Origin: a virus
Length of the DNA: 64,000 bases
IMG/VR virus record: IMGVR_UViG_3300018481_000001
Location: 99,991 to 163,990 of that record
Strand: one strand, 5' to 3'
Positions 47,087 through 56,317 of the stretch are shown here, one piece after another. Position 1 is the stretch's first letter; every line of letters begins with the position of its first letter. A program made the translations under genes and the position numbers. Below the pieces are notes generated by a model. It was given only the letters and a program-made list of their open reading frames with translations, did no database searches and had not been told where the DNA came from.

Positions 47087-48267
47087 GCTCTTTTACCTTC
47101 GACGATAGGATTTTTGCGGGGCCGCCCACGCTTCTTTTTAGGTGGCTCAGCAATCCCACGAATCTGCTGAGGTTCGTCGTCCTCGATGATTTCCGTAGTT
47201 TCCGCGTCGGCTTCATAGACCACGCGCGGCGTTTCAGTGTCGTCATCCATGGCGGAAACGGCTGGTAGCGCGTAGGGGTCTTCTTCTGTCTGCTGCGTGT
47301 CGGCAAGGGCCTCAGCAATCGCAGCTTCATCGGTCTCGGCATCTTCCTCGGCCGCTTCGACACCCTCGGGAGTGTCTTCCTCGAGCTTCTTGGCCGCTCG
47401 CTTGTCGTAATCAGGGTCCGAGTACTTGTTCTTGTCCTCGAGCGCCTTGGGGTCGACCTCGGGATCACCTAACGCGATTCGCAGGCCTGCCGCAACACCG
47501 TTGAAGAACTTGCGCTCTTCTTTGGAGTATTGGGTCGATTCGGCCTGGAAACTGACCTCGCTGATGAGCGCTGCCATGTTTTTCGCGTTGGGACGGCCCT
47601 TGTTGCCGTACTTGCGGCGCTGGCCTGTCTCGCTGGTCTTGGCAGCCTTTTTGAGAAGCTGCTTGGCTTCGGCCTTGCTCTCGGCCTGCAGCACCTGGGT
47701 GACCAGGCCTTCCTGTTCCGCTTCAGGGATGTCGGTGATGTACAGGGCCTGGTCCATGGTGAGCTCGCCATTTTTCAGAGCGAGCGCTGCTGAAGTACCG
47801 AGCTTGGTTGCGACCTTGTGGTGGTAGCTGACCCAGCTTTGATTTCGACCGAGCTTGACGCCAATGTCGTGTTGGTCAAAACCCGCCAATACCATGCGTT
47901 TAATCTGCTGGCTGATTTCGTACGCGGAAAGACTCTCGCGTTCGATATTCTCCTTGAGGTTGCGGATACGCATTTCCTCAGAGGTGCCTTCGTTGATGAC
48001 GACTTCGAGGACCGCGTAATAATCGTCGCCGTGGTCTTCGCGCAATTTCTCTAGAGCGCGGTAACGACGAAACCCGTAAACCAAAAAATACTTGTCTACG
48101 CCATCATCTTGCGGCTTGGTGGTAACGCCGAGTGGCTGGAGCAATCCATCTTCGAAAATGGACTGCGCAAGCTCAGAAATCTTCGTGTATTCCTTACGGC
48201 AGTTGAAGCTGTCGTCCACGATAATGTTCTCGAACGGAACCTGAATAACACGCTTTTTTACGGGCAT
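47083..48267 (-). CDS. ParB/Spo0J-like protein with acidic tail and AT-hook
   Basis: FNCRKEY...ELAQSIFEDGLLQPL, YGFRRYRA, ENIERESL, HTH-like IGVKLGRNQSWVS, C-terminal KKKRGRPRK. Confidence 0.85.
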   Translation of the reverse strand: MPVKKRVIQVPFENIIVDDSFNCRKEYTKISELAQSIFEDGLLQPLGVTTKPQDDGVDKYFLVYGFRRYRALEKLREDHGDDYYAVLEVVINEGTSEEMRIRNLKENIERESLSAYEISQQIKRMVLAGFDQHDIGVKLGRNQSWVSYHHKVATKLGTSAALALKNGELTMDQALYITDIPEAEQEGLVTQVLQAESKAEAKQLLKKAAKTSETGQRRKYGNKGRPNAKNMAALISEVSFQAESTQYSKEERKFFNGVAAGLRIALGDPEVDPKALEDKNKYSDPDYDKRAAKKLEEDTPEGVEAAEEDAETDEAAIAEALADTQQTEEDPYALPAVSAMDDDTETPRVVYEADAETTEIIEDDEPQQIRGIAEPPKKKRGRPRKNPIVEGKRA

Positions 48268-48429
48268 GGCTATTTCCTTAAATCCAGCTGGAGAGCCAGC
48301 TTATGGCATTGCTAACTATCCGTGGTACGAATAAATTAACAATTTCAACCAGTATAATGCAGACGAGAACTGACAAAAGCTCTAGAAGTCTAGTCTCAGA
48401 CGTACCCGGTGCAACTTCTTCCTCATCGC

Positions 48430-48690
48430 CTACTCGATACGCTCGCGCAACCATGCAATTTCCTCTTTAACCTTGGCACGGTCAATAAAGACCAGCTTGA
48501 GCTGGGACAATTGGACGCCTTCCAAAACGTCGCCCACAGCTTGGTGGAATTCCGCATGTACATCTTCCCGTGAACCGGGCGCGGCGATACTGACAATATA
48601 AAGTGCCCGAATCGTGCTCGACCGTTGCGTGATGAGCGCGTTTACGGACCTTACAAGGTCATTTCTCTTTGGAAGCATCGGTGGCTTCAA
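48430..48690 (-). CDS. Hypothetical protein
   Basis: 86 aa ORF. Confidence 0.5.
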   Translation of the reverse strand: MKPPMLPKRNDLVRSVNALITQRSSTIRALYIVSIAAPGSREDVHAEFHQAVGDVLEGVQLSQLKLVFIDRAKVKEEIAWLRERIE

Positions 48691-48811
48691 AAGGCTCGGA
48701 GCCGTGGTCAGGGCACAGCAACAGTTTCCCGTGCCTATTTAATGTCTGTCCGCAACGTGGACAAGTTTCGCGGTCCAAATTCTGCGTCTCTTCAACGCCA
48801 AATTTTTCCAT
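48659..48811 (-). CDS. Small zinc-ribbon protein
   Basis: CPRCG...CPDHG. Confidence 0.6.
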   Translation of the reverse strand: MEKFGVEETQNLDRETCPRCGQTLNRHGKLLLCPDHGSEPFEATDASKEK

Positions 48812-49030
48812 GCATGCCTTTGAAACACGCGGTGCAGCGGGTGACAACTACTTTTACCAAAAATAGCTGGGTATTTATATTTCCTGCGAAAAAGGGGGAG
48901 GACTGCTCAAATATTTGCAACACCAAATACGAACGGTAAATTTATTGAATGTAAGAGCCGCCTGCGTACCTAAGTAGGACTAGAAACGACAATTCTCACG
49001 TAGTCCCCAACGCCGGGTACCGTGAGCTCC

Positions 49031-49456
49031 TTATTTCTTAGTGATTCCGTCAGGATACGAGTGAAGCGTGTCCGGTTGTTTCTGATTGATGACATCAGAA
49101 AGCACGTCTTCCAGACAGCCACCTACCTCGACGAACGCGTGGATCAGTCCGGCAATCACCGTCCGCGCATGGTTCGCCGTCATGACGACACTGGCCGCTG
49201 GAATGCGCCCGGAAAAGTCATTGAGGTCAATCTGCACCCCGTCACTTGCGATCATGGGGTCGTTGGTTGAATTAACGTAATAGGGTGCAACGTTTACACG
49301 TCCATTGGGGTGGACGTAAGTTTGGCTCTGGAAAATGCACACAAGTCCATAAGTCTCGGCAACCCGCAGTGGCAGCGGGGTGGTAATGCGTTCGCGCTCC
49401 AAGACAGGCAGACGCGAGAGGTTGGGCTGCGGTCCTTTTGTCGGGTCCCAATTCAT
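49031..49456 (-). CDS. Hypothetical protein
   Basis: ATG 49456 is ATGA-coupled to the DUF1653 stop. Confidence 0.6.
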   Translation of the reverse strand: MNWDPTKGPQPNLSRLPVLERERITTPLPLRVAETYGLVCIFQSQTYVHPNGRVNVAPYYVNSTNDPMIASDGVQIDLNDFSGRIPAASVVMTANHARTVIAGLIHAFVEVGGCLEDVLSDVINQKQPDTLHSYPDGITKK

Positions 49457-49803
49457 TTCTCGACACCCCTTTCTGCTTCCACAAGCGGGGTAAACCGGGC
49501 GCGAAGAACACCGTCGGGCCAAACCACCGGCTCATTAAACATGAGCCATGGGCGGACCCAGACGTGCCGTGTTTCGTGCGAGAAATACACAGCCATACGT
49601 TGTGTGCGCTCTTCGCTGTTTGCCGCCACCCAGAGCAGTGTGTACGTCCCGCCCTTATAGTGCCGGTAAGGCTGCAGCGATGTAGGCAGGACAGCTTCCA
49701 AAAGCCGTAACAGCAAAGCAGGTGCAACCACGGCATCGATGCCTTGTTGCGCGGCCTCCTGTGCCTTCTCCCAGACGTACTGCCGTGCTTCCTCGAGTGT
49801 CAC
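49453..49803 (-). CDS. DUF1653-domain protein
   Basis: YRHYKGGTY...VY...WVRP..MF. Confidence 0.8.
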   Translation of the reverse strand: MTLEEARQYVWEKAQEAAQQGIDAVVAPALLLRLLEAVLPTSLQPYRHYKGGTYTLLWVAANSEERTQRMAVYFSHETRHVWVRPWLMFNEPVVWPDGVLRARFTPLVEAERGVEK

Positions 49804-49811
49804 AGAGTCTC

Positions 49812-50696
49812 CTAGCGGTTACGCCCACGGCAATCGTGCCAGTACGGACACCATGCCGCGCTGCACCACCAATTTTCGGGATTTGTTTTACGAAATCGTC
49901 CCTTGGCAATGTCATCGGCCACTTCACTCACAACATCGAGTGCGTGGAGAATTTCATTCTTATCGCGCACAGCTTCAGTGCGGATATAACGTACGGGGAG
50001 CCGCTTCGTAGGCTTAATAAGTTGATCCAACCGCACATGCGGTTTGTTGGTCATGTGCGAATACAGACTCATTTGCAAGCTGTCATCGACCTCCCCTTGC
50101 GATGCAGCTTTCTTTTTCGTCTTTAAATCAGAAATTGAATTTTCTTCTTCAAGGTCGATGACGCCCGTGAACGGCAGAGCTTCCCCGTCCGGCGTGATGA
50201 TCTCAGTATGAATGATGCGCTCTGCAGCCACTGGCCGAAGAGCTGGAATAAATTGATTGTTGTCGGGATTAATCTCCAGGCCCATCGCAACATTGTGATA
50301 CTTGCGGGTGAGCTGGATTCCGATATCTTTAATAGCTCCGAGGTCCGGAGGCCCATCGACCAAGTCGACGAGACTCATGTCGATATCCTTAATTTCCTGG
50401 TCGTGCAAGTCGGAATACACCGCAACCATTTCGTCAGCACTCATCGTTGCCCCATCTATGAGGTAAAGATGAAGTTTCTCAGCGGCTTTGTGCACGCCCC
50501 GCCCCTGGACCTGGTAGTAGGTCGAGGGCGAGGCTTTATCGAGCACGTATTTGTGATAATACGACTCTCCACATTTCATGTACATCCCGACTTGGGACAC
50601 GGACAAGTAGCCCCGTGGCAGGCGGTCTTTAAATCGATTATCCGCAGCACTTTTTGGGAGTCCTGCAATTTCTTCATTATCGATTTCTTCATTCAT
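49812..50696 (-). CDS. Second PD-(D/E)XK nuclease (AddB/Cas4-like)
   Basis: LSVSQ...KC, GVIDL, SDLKT, QMSLY, CSAAWCPYWHDC. Confidence 0.82.
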   Translation of the reverse strand: MNEEIDNEEIAGLPKSAADNRFKDRLPRGYLSVSQVGMYMKCGESYYHKYVLDKASPSTYYQVQGRGVHKAAEKLHLYLIDGATMSADEMVAVYSDLHDQEIKDIDMSLVDLVDGPPDLGAIKDIGIQLTRKYHNVAMGLEINPDNNQFIPALRPVAAERIIHTEIITPDGEALPFTGVIDLEEENSISDLKTKKKAASQGEVDDSLQMSLYSHMTNKPHVRLDQLIKPTKRLPVRYIRTEAVRDKNEILHALDVVSEVADDIAKGRFRKTNPENWWCSAAWCPYWHDCRGRNR

Positions 50697-50703
50697 ACGA
50701 AAC

Positions 50704-50976
50704 TCAGTTGATTTCGATCGGGTCTTCGTAATGCTCGACTTCGTACAACGTCACGAGGTCATCGGGCTCGCTGGTCGAGGAATCACAACCCTCTACCCAT
50801 CGTAGTACTTCTACCACAGATAGCCGCTCATTCTCATTGCTGTCCAAATGCTGCGGAATGTGTGCAAGTACTTCTGTCAGTTCGTTGCCGCTTTCACAAA
50901 CCAAAAACCCTCCTGTGCGAAGGGCAAAACGTCCGATGGCGAAGCGATCTCCCTCGACGTATTTCTTTTGACTCAT
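50704..50976 (-). CDS. Hypothetical protein
   Basis: 90 aa; ATGA coupling. Confidence 0.6.
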   Translation of the reverse strand: MSQKKYVEGDRFAIGRFALRTGGFLVCESGNELTEVLAHIPQHLDSNENERLSVVEVLRWVEGCDSSTSEPDDLVTLYEVEHYEDPIEIN

Positions 50977-51455
50977 TTCATGCTTTCCTTTGCAAAAACA
51001 ATAAGGCCCTTTAGACGCTCTGGCAGCGTGTCAATAGGGCCCGCAGTAAATAAGTCTTCCAACGCCGCCACAAATGCGTGGCACTCTACCTGCTGCCCTA
51101 AGGCGTAACCTTGCGCATGTGCGTCGCGCAATTCCACATGGGTAATCAGGGGCTGCGACAATGCTTTTGCGATTATGTGGTAATCGCTACGTTTTGGCTC
51201 TTCGCCTGCCAACCAGCGGTCGACGACTTCTTTGAGCACCTCGGGGTCTTCCTGTTGACGAAGCGCCTGCTCGCGGTCCGGAGCATCGAGGACCCCTAAG
51301 CGTTTGTCTTCGGCCCATTGTTCCTGGGGCGTTAATTTTTCATAAATAGTTTGATATCCGCAATCACAGCAATAACCATCTTTGTCAAAATCTTTACCGT
51401 GGTTGGGGCAATTGTCCCGCGAGTTGCTGAAAGGCGTCGAGTTCATCGGTCGCAT
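50973..51455 (-). CDS. Hypothetical protein with N-terminal Cys/His ribbon
   Basis: CPNHG...CCDCG. Confidence 0.6.
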   Translation of the reverse strand: MRPMNSTPFSNSRDNCPNHGKDFDKDGYCCDCGYQTIYEKLTPQEQWAEDKRLGVLDAPDREQALRQQEDPEVLKEVVDRWLAGEEPKRSDYHIIAKALSQPLITHVELRDAHAQGYALGQQVECHAFVAALEDLFTAGPIDTLPERLKGLIVFAKESMK

Positions 51456-52299
51456 CTACCTTGGGATCTTCCCATGGACGAATTTCACAAGCGTGCGGTT
51501 GATTCGAATTTCCGGATACAATGCAATCCATGCACGTTAGTTCTGGTGCGCTCCACATACGCGTAAATTCCTCGAATTGTTTGTCAAACCAAGGAGGAAC
51601 CCACGCACCCGATCGCGCAATGTGAATATCTACGACTTCAATGTTTATCGGGGGTGCTTTACACCACGCATCCCACGTCGTAAATGCAACATCATAGTCA
51701 CAGAGATGCTCTAAATTAGAGCCTTCTTTTTCCACAAGCCCGCGCCAGTTGGGGTACACCACTTGAACGGATTTTACGATTCCTGTATCCAGTGCTGCGT
51801 AGAGCCAGTCCTCAGCATCGTAAACCTTATTTTTACGGTTGGCGTATTTACGTTTTCCGTACCCGAGATCGTGGTGCGCATCGAAATGAATCACATGAAC
51901 GGGAGCTCCCGCGTTCTGTGCTGCGTCGTCCATGGTATAATAAGCATGGCGATGTGAATCAGAGATATTCACATTCGCATCTTTAACACCAAGCGCCTTC
52001 ATCACAAACGCATTAAACGCGTCGGGGTCTGTACACCCAAACTCTTTGTTAATGCCCGCAATAACATACGGGTCGAGTCCTTGGCGTGTAAAGTCGAGGA
52101 ACCGCACATGCCATAGAAGTGTTTGCAGACCACCTCCTTGGGTTTCAGAGTGCCCCCAGTCAAAGAAACCCCACAACGAAACGGGTCTCCCATTGACTTC
52201 GACGGTCTTTTTTACGTCTTCTGCTTCCAGTGCGCGAAAGAAAAAGAAATCCCAGTCGATCGACAAAACTGTTCTAATTTTTTCCTGCGGCATATCCAT
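51394..52299 (-). CDS. UPF0489/arginase-like metallohydrolase
   Basis: LSIDWDFF, SDSH, HFDAHHDL, RSGAWVPP. Confidence 0.7.
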   Translation of the reverse strand: MDMPQEKIRTVLSIDWDFFFFRALEAEDVKKTVEVNGRPVSLWGFFDWGHSETQGGGLQTLLWHVRFLDFTRQGLDPYVIAGINKEFGCTDPDAFNAFVMKALGVKDANVNISDSHRHAYYTMDDAAQNAGAPVHVIHFDAHHDLGYGKRKYANRKNKVYDAEDWLYAALDTGIVKSVQVVYPNWRGLVEKEGSNLEHLCDYDVAFTTWDAWCKAPPINIEVVDIHIARSGAWVPPWFDKQFEEFTRMWSAPELTCMDCIVSGNSNQPHACEIRPWEDPKVDATDELDAFQQLAGQLPQPR

Positions 52300-52657
52300 T
52301 GGATTTTTCTCTAATCTTTCTTATTTCCGCCGCGTCGCGCTCTTCGTCTTCACGCGTACGCATGGTCGGGTCCATTAAATCGGTGAACGACAAAACGCGC
52401 TCCTCGATTGGCTCTTCCAGTACTTTTACCTCAGGTTCGACACGTCTTTCGATTACGAGGGGTGCGTCATTTAGCTCGTCGACGGGCTCTTGCGGCACAT
52501 CCACGATTTCTGCTTGGACGACCAGCCCGCCAGGGAACGCTTCGCCAAATTGGGCGCAGAGCTCATCCAGATTTTTTACCCGAAACCCCAGATTACCAAA
52601 ATAACTTCCAAGCATCTCTTCGAGGTCGTGCCGTTCGAATTCGAGTTTTATTTTCAT
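52274..52657 (-). CDS. Hypothetical protein
   Basis: 127 aa; ATGA coupling. Confidence 0.65.
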   Translation of the reverse strand: MKIKLEFERHDLEEMLGSYFGNLGFRVKNLDELCAQFGEAFPGGLVVQAEIVDVPQEPVDELNDAPLVIERRVEPEVKVLEEPIEERVLSFTDLMDPTMRTREDEERDAAEIRKIREKSNGYAAGKN

Positions 52658-52854
52658 GGAAGCCCCGCGAGGCGCATTGCAGCAGCCGCATTTTTTTGTG
52701 GGACGGTTGCTACGATACGCGCTGTTGTTTTGGTTGATTTAACGTCCACGTCAGCATGTAGTTCCAAGAGCAGCCCAACCAAGCGAAACATCGGTTCTTT
52801 GGGGCCCGATAGTTTCATAATAAAGGGCGGGTCCTCTTCAATTTTGCGCGGCAT
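52654..52854 (-). CDS. Hypothetical protein
   Basis: 66 aa in the minus-strand run. Confidence 0.55.
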   Translation of the reverse strand: MPRKIEEDPPFIMKLSGPKEPMFRLVGLLLELHADVDVKSTKTTARIVATVPQKNAAAAMRLAGLP

Positions 52855-53080
52855 CAGGTGGTTGCCTTGGGTTTTCTTTCATGCTGTCCCACATCAATTC
52901 AGTCCACGCGAGATAGTCTTCTTTGGAAGAGCCCTCGCTGCGCGCCACATTCATCGACGCCATCAACAATGCGGTGCTGCTAACTCGATCTGGATAAATC
53001 TCATTTGTCTCTAGTAACGTCAGAAGCTTCTCATAGCGATAATTTAATAACGCCAAATCAATCCAGGTTACTTTGTGCAT
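52838..53080 (-). CDS. Hypothetical protein
   Basis: 80 aa in the minus-strand run. Confidence 0.55.
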   Translation of the reverse strand: MHKVTWIDLALLNYRYEKLLTLLETNEIYPDRVSSTALLMASMNVARSEGSSKEDYLAWTELMWDSMKENPRQPPDAAQN

Positions 53081-53321
53081 CGTGCTCCTCCAGGCGTTGT
53101 ACGAGCTCCTTTAGCGCGTCGTGTCCTTCGGGGCTTACACGAATATCTGACGTACGCATAATGATATCGAACAGCTCACCTGCAGAACGCGGGACCTGTC
53201 GGCGCGGCGCACGTCGCCGTATAATTGCGACGAGCGCGTCGATGACACGCGTTTTGGGTTCCATATTTTCTGAAATACGGACATGCCGTTCTTCTTCGTC
53301 GTCAAGTTCCCAATCTTGCAT
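53058..53321 (-). CDS. Hypothetical protein
   Basis: 87 aa; TAATG coupling. Confidence 0.55.
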   Translation of the reverse strand: MQDWELDDEEERHVRISENMEPKTRVIDALVAIIRRRAPRRQVPRSAGELFDIIMRTSDIRVSPEGHDALKELVQRLEEHDAQSNLD

Positions 53322-53704
53322 TAATCGATCTCCGCTTCCGCGCTGGATTCAGGAATCACAATTCCTGCGCTACGAAAAAATGGAATCACTGCATCAGGAT
53401 GCGCGGTGAACCATGGCTCGAAAATGCATCCAAACTTCTCACCGAGATAATTCACCCGGTACTCAAAGAAAGGCATCTTGATCGTTGAGCCGTTGTGCGC
53501 GTTGATCATAGTGAAATCAATATCAGCCGCCAGCGCATCGCGGCAGAGTTGGATGTACTCATTCATAAAGCCACAAAACTCAATAAACGTGTGCACGCCG
53601 GCTTGCTGGGCCATCATGTAAAACACGTTTGTTGTGGCTTCCATTTTGCTGATCTGCTCTTTAAGCAGGGCACGATACTCTGGGTCTTTGGGAGAATAAT
53701 TCAT
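53321..53704 (-). CDS. Hypothetical protein
   Basis: 127 aa in the minus-strand run. Confidence 0.6.
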   Translation of the reverse strand: MNYSPKDPEYRALLKEQISKMEATTNVFYMMAQQAGVHTFIEFCGFMNEYIQLCRDALAADIDFTMINAHNGSTIKMPFFEYRVNYLGEKFGCIFEPWFTAHPDAVIPFFRSAGIVIPESSAEAEID

Positions 53705-53711
53705 AACAGTC

Positions 53712-53900
53712 CTATTGTTCTAGAAATACTAGACGTGCGGTAATACACGCACCGTAAATACTGTTGAGTTGGTCCATGGTGCAATTACCCCATACAACAA
53801 CGGGTACGCCTAAAGCACGTAAATTTACGTACTCTTGAAGATGCCCTGGCAATTCTTCAAAGGTTTTGCGTACGATTTGTTGCCAGCGTTCTTTGGTCAC
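53712..53900 (-). CDS. Hypothetical protein
   Basis: GTG 53900 overlaps the upstream stop (GTGA). Confidence 0.5.
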   Translation of the reverse strand: MTKERWQQIVRKTFEELPGHLQEYVNLRALGVPVVVWGNCTMDQLNSIYGACITARLVFLEQ

Positions 53901-54184
53901 CGCGCAAACCACCAGTATTTTTTCGCCTCTTCGCGCATCTGCTGCAGCCGCAAAAGTAAGTCATCGCGCGGCCCATCGCAGCTGCTGCATACAAACGGAT
54001 TGCCGCTAAGCCCCTTGCAAAGTGGTTCACCTGTATTCGTAAATATCCAGCGCGCAGTATCGCCTGCTTTAAAACGATGGCCGCACCAGCTGCAGCGAAA
54101 GTTGTCACCGTTTGTCATCCCACCCCAGGGGAGCGTGGGCATGCGCTCATCAACAATAAATGGTTTTTGATCAGTAAAGCTCAT
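53897..54184 (-). CDS. Zinc-ribbon hypothetical protein
   Basis: CSWCG...CSSCD. Confidence 0.65.
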   Translation of the reverse strand: MSFTDQKPFIVDERMPTLPWGGMTNGDNFRCSWCGHRFKAGDTARWIFTNTGEPLCKGLSGNPFVCSSCDGPRDDLLLRLQQMREEAKKYWWFAR

Positions 54185-54200
54185 GGCAATTATTTAAATC

Positions 54201-54410
54201 CTATATACAGGGGGAGTAGCGCTCTAGGAAAGCCCAAGGAACCATCTCCATCATAGGTTTATGTTTTCTCGTAAATCTAATAAAAGCTGTAGCGGCAATC
54301 ACCGTGACCACTTCGCCAGTTTCATCATGTTTCCACTGACTGGGCACTTCAAAATTAACGGTATCGTAGCCATTAGGGACCCCATACCCCAGGCCCGTAT
54401 TACGTTTCAT
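54201..54410 (-). CDS. Hypothetical protein
   Basis: ATG 54410 is ATGA-coupled to the SNF2 stop. Confidence 0.55.
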   Translation of the reverse strand: MKRNTGLGYGVPNGYDTVNFEVPSQWKHDETGEVVTVIAATAFIRFTRKHKPMMEMVPWAFLERYSPCI

Positions 54411-56317
54411 GGCAATGCCTTTATCGTGGCAGTCTCCCGCTTCATCTCGCGGTCGAACTTGCATAGTTCATCGTACAACTTTATGTTATATTTATGACAA
54501 CGAGTGTAGTAGTCGTCGCACGTAGCGCATATCGCACTGCTCGTTACCAGTTGCGCAAAATCTATTTTTTGATCCAACGCTTTTGCTTTGGATTCATCCA
54601 AGGTGCCCCGGCCAATAAGCCGGTACACTACAACCGGTCGGTTTTGTCCGATGCGATAATTACGATCCATGGACTGCAGATAATGCTCAAGGCTCCAGGG
54701 TAAATTGTAATAGACGGTGTAGTTGGCCGCATTGAGCGTAATACCAATGCCAACAGCCACCTGTCCCAGGAACACGCGGCAGTCCGGATCTTCATTAAAG
54801 CTCTCCATTTTTTCTTGGAGTGCGGAACGCGTACATCCGCCTTGCAGTCGAACGAACTTGATGCCAAGGCCTTTTACCACTTTTTCAATATCATTTAGTT
54901 CAGTAATAAAATTAGCCCAAATAATAACCTTGTTGGTGTACTCCTGAAGAACAGTCTCGAGAAGGTCATGGCATGCCTCAAGTCGGGCATTTTCCGTCAA
55001 GCGCATCACATGCACAGGTAAATCTTTTTGAACCACCGTGCAGGCTTTGGTATACGGCTTAATGCGTTGCACGCTGCAGTTGGAAACACTCGGGCAGTCG
55101 TTGCAAATACCGGGGTTTTTACGCGTCAAATTAACAAAGCCGCTCGACGCCTGGTCAACTTTATTGAGCAGCGTTATGGCTTCATCAGCCACGATGTATG
55201 GCTCAAGCTCCGGGCCCGTGTTGACCGTGAGCTTTCCCTCAAGGATTTGTTGCCGTACAACAGCACCTGCCCCCAAATGCTTGTCATTGACCAACTGATT
55301 GTAGACGCGCTTTTGAGCATCTTCGACGGTAAATGGCACATCGATAATTTGTTGCAGCGGCAGATCCAAGCATTCTTCCTTCGTTTTCCGCAAACCAATC
55401 AACTGCACACGTTTATTAAGCAAATCGAAATTCTTGTAGCCGAGGAGGTTTCGGGGCATGGCTTCTTCGGCTTCATATTCATAAAAGAGCCCAAACTTTT
55501 TACGAAACTCCCAGTAGTTTTCTGGCGTGAGATATTTCGCTAAAAATTTGAGTTGGGGGTAGAGATCATAAGGAGAGCCTAACGAAGGAGTGCCCGACAA
55601 CAAAATACGGCGATAGGCACGCTGTGCGAGATGGATCGCGCTGAGGGTTCGTTTCGAATCGTGACTTTTAAGTTGGTGTGACTCATCGGCAACAATGCAG
55701 TTGTACTTGATGGCCAAAATCTCGTCGGCATACAGCGCAGCAGTGGCGTACGTGACGACCGTGGCGATGGGCGTGTGGGCCTGCGCCTGGGCAATCTTGG
55801 CCAGCTTCTCTTCTTTGCTGCCCTCCAAGACAACGACATCCGAGACGTCGCCGTGCTTCTGGAACTCCTCTGCCCAGGTTGTGAGCATCACACGAGGACA
55901 GAGGATGAGCAGCCGGTCGTCCGTGTACCTCTGTAGGTCGACCGTGATTTTGCACTTCCCCAGACCTGGAGCATAGAAAAGACCCGCGCGCGGGCAGCGC
56001 AGAAGATGAATGACGCCGTCTTTCTGGTGCTGGTAGGGCGAAGTGACAAAAGTAAAGTTGTCGGGCAGAACGACGGGTTGCTCTAGCTGTGTCACATGCG
56101 CCGAGGCACGGGAAGACAACTGCAAATTGGGAAAAGCTTCACGCAGCGATTTTAGAACCATTTTAAAAAATGGAAAAAACGCAGGAAAACGCCACGTCTG
56201 GTCTCCACCGAAGTATGTTCCGGCGTATACTTTCTTCACGGCGGCATCCGTGGTGCGCAACGAAAAGACCGGCGTGCCATATACATCACCGAGCTCAAGC
56301 AGAGGGTAGTTCGACAT
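54407..56317 (-). CDS. SNF2-family helicase
   Basis: YAPGLGKC (motif I), ADESHQLK, LSGTP, GIGITLNAA, QSMDRNYRIGQ; internal Cys cluster CNDC...C...C; start uncertain. Confidence 0.88.
   Translation of the reverse strand: MSNYPLLELGDVYGTPVFSLRTTDAAVKKVYAGTYFGGDQTWRFPAFFPFFKMVLKSLREAFPNLQLSSRASAHVTQLEQPVVLPDNFTFVTSPYQHQKDGVIHLLRCPRAGLFYAPGLGKCKITVDLQRYTDDRLLILCPRVMLTTWAEEFQKHGDVSDVVVLEGSKEEKLAKIAQAQAHTPIATVVTYATAALYADEILAIKYNCIVADESHQLKSHDSKRTLSAIHLAQRAYRRILLSGTPSLGSPYDLYPQLKFLAKYLTPENYWEFRKKFGLFYEYEAEEAMPRNLLGYKNFDLLNKRVQLIGLRKTKEECLDLPLQQIIDVPFTVEDAQKRVYNQLVNDKHLGAGAVVRQQILEGKLTVNTGPELEPYIVADEAITLLNKVDQASSGFVNLTRKNPGICNDCPSVSNCSVQRIKPYTKACTVVQKDLPVHVMRLTENARLEACHDLLETVLQEYTNKVIIWANFITELNDIEKVVKGLGIKFVRLQGGCTRSALQEKMESFNEDPDCRVFLGQVAVGIGITLNAANYTVYYNLPWSLEHYLQSMDRNYRIGQNRPVVVYRLIGRGTLDESKAKALDQKIDFAQLVTSSAICATCDDYYTRCHKYNIKLYDELCKFDREMKRETATIKALP

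Noticed and set aside
44394-50696. Cas4-like nucleases as evidence of a CRISPR-Cas locus
   Set aside because: No cas1/cas2, effector genes or repeat-spacer array in the window.
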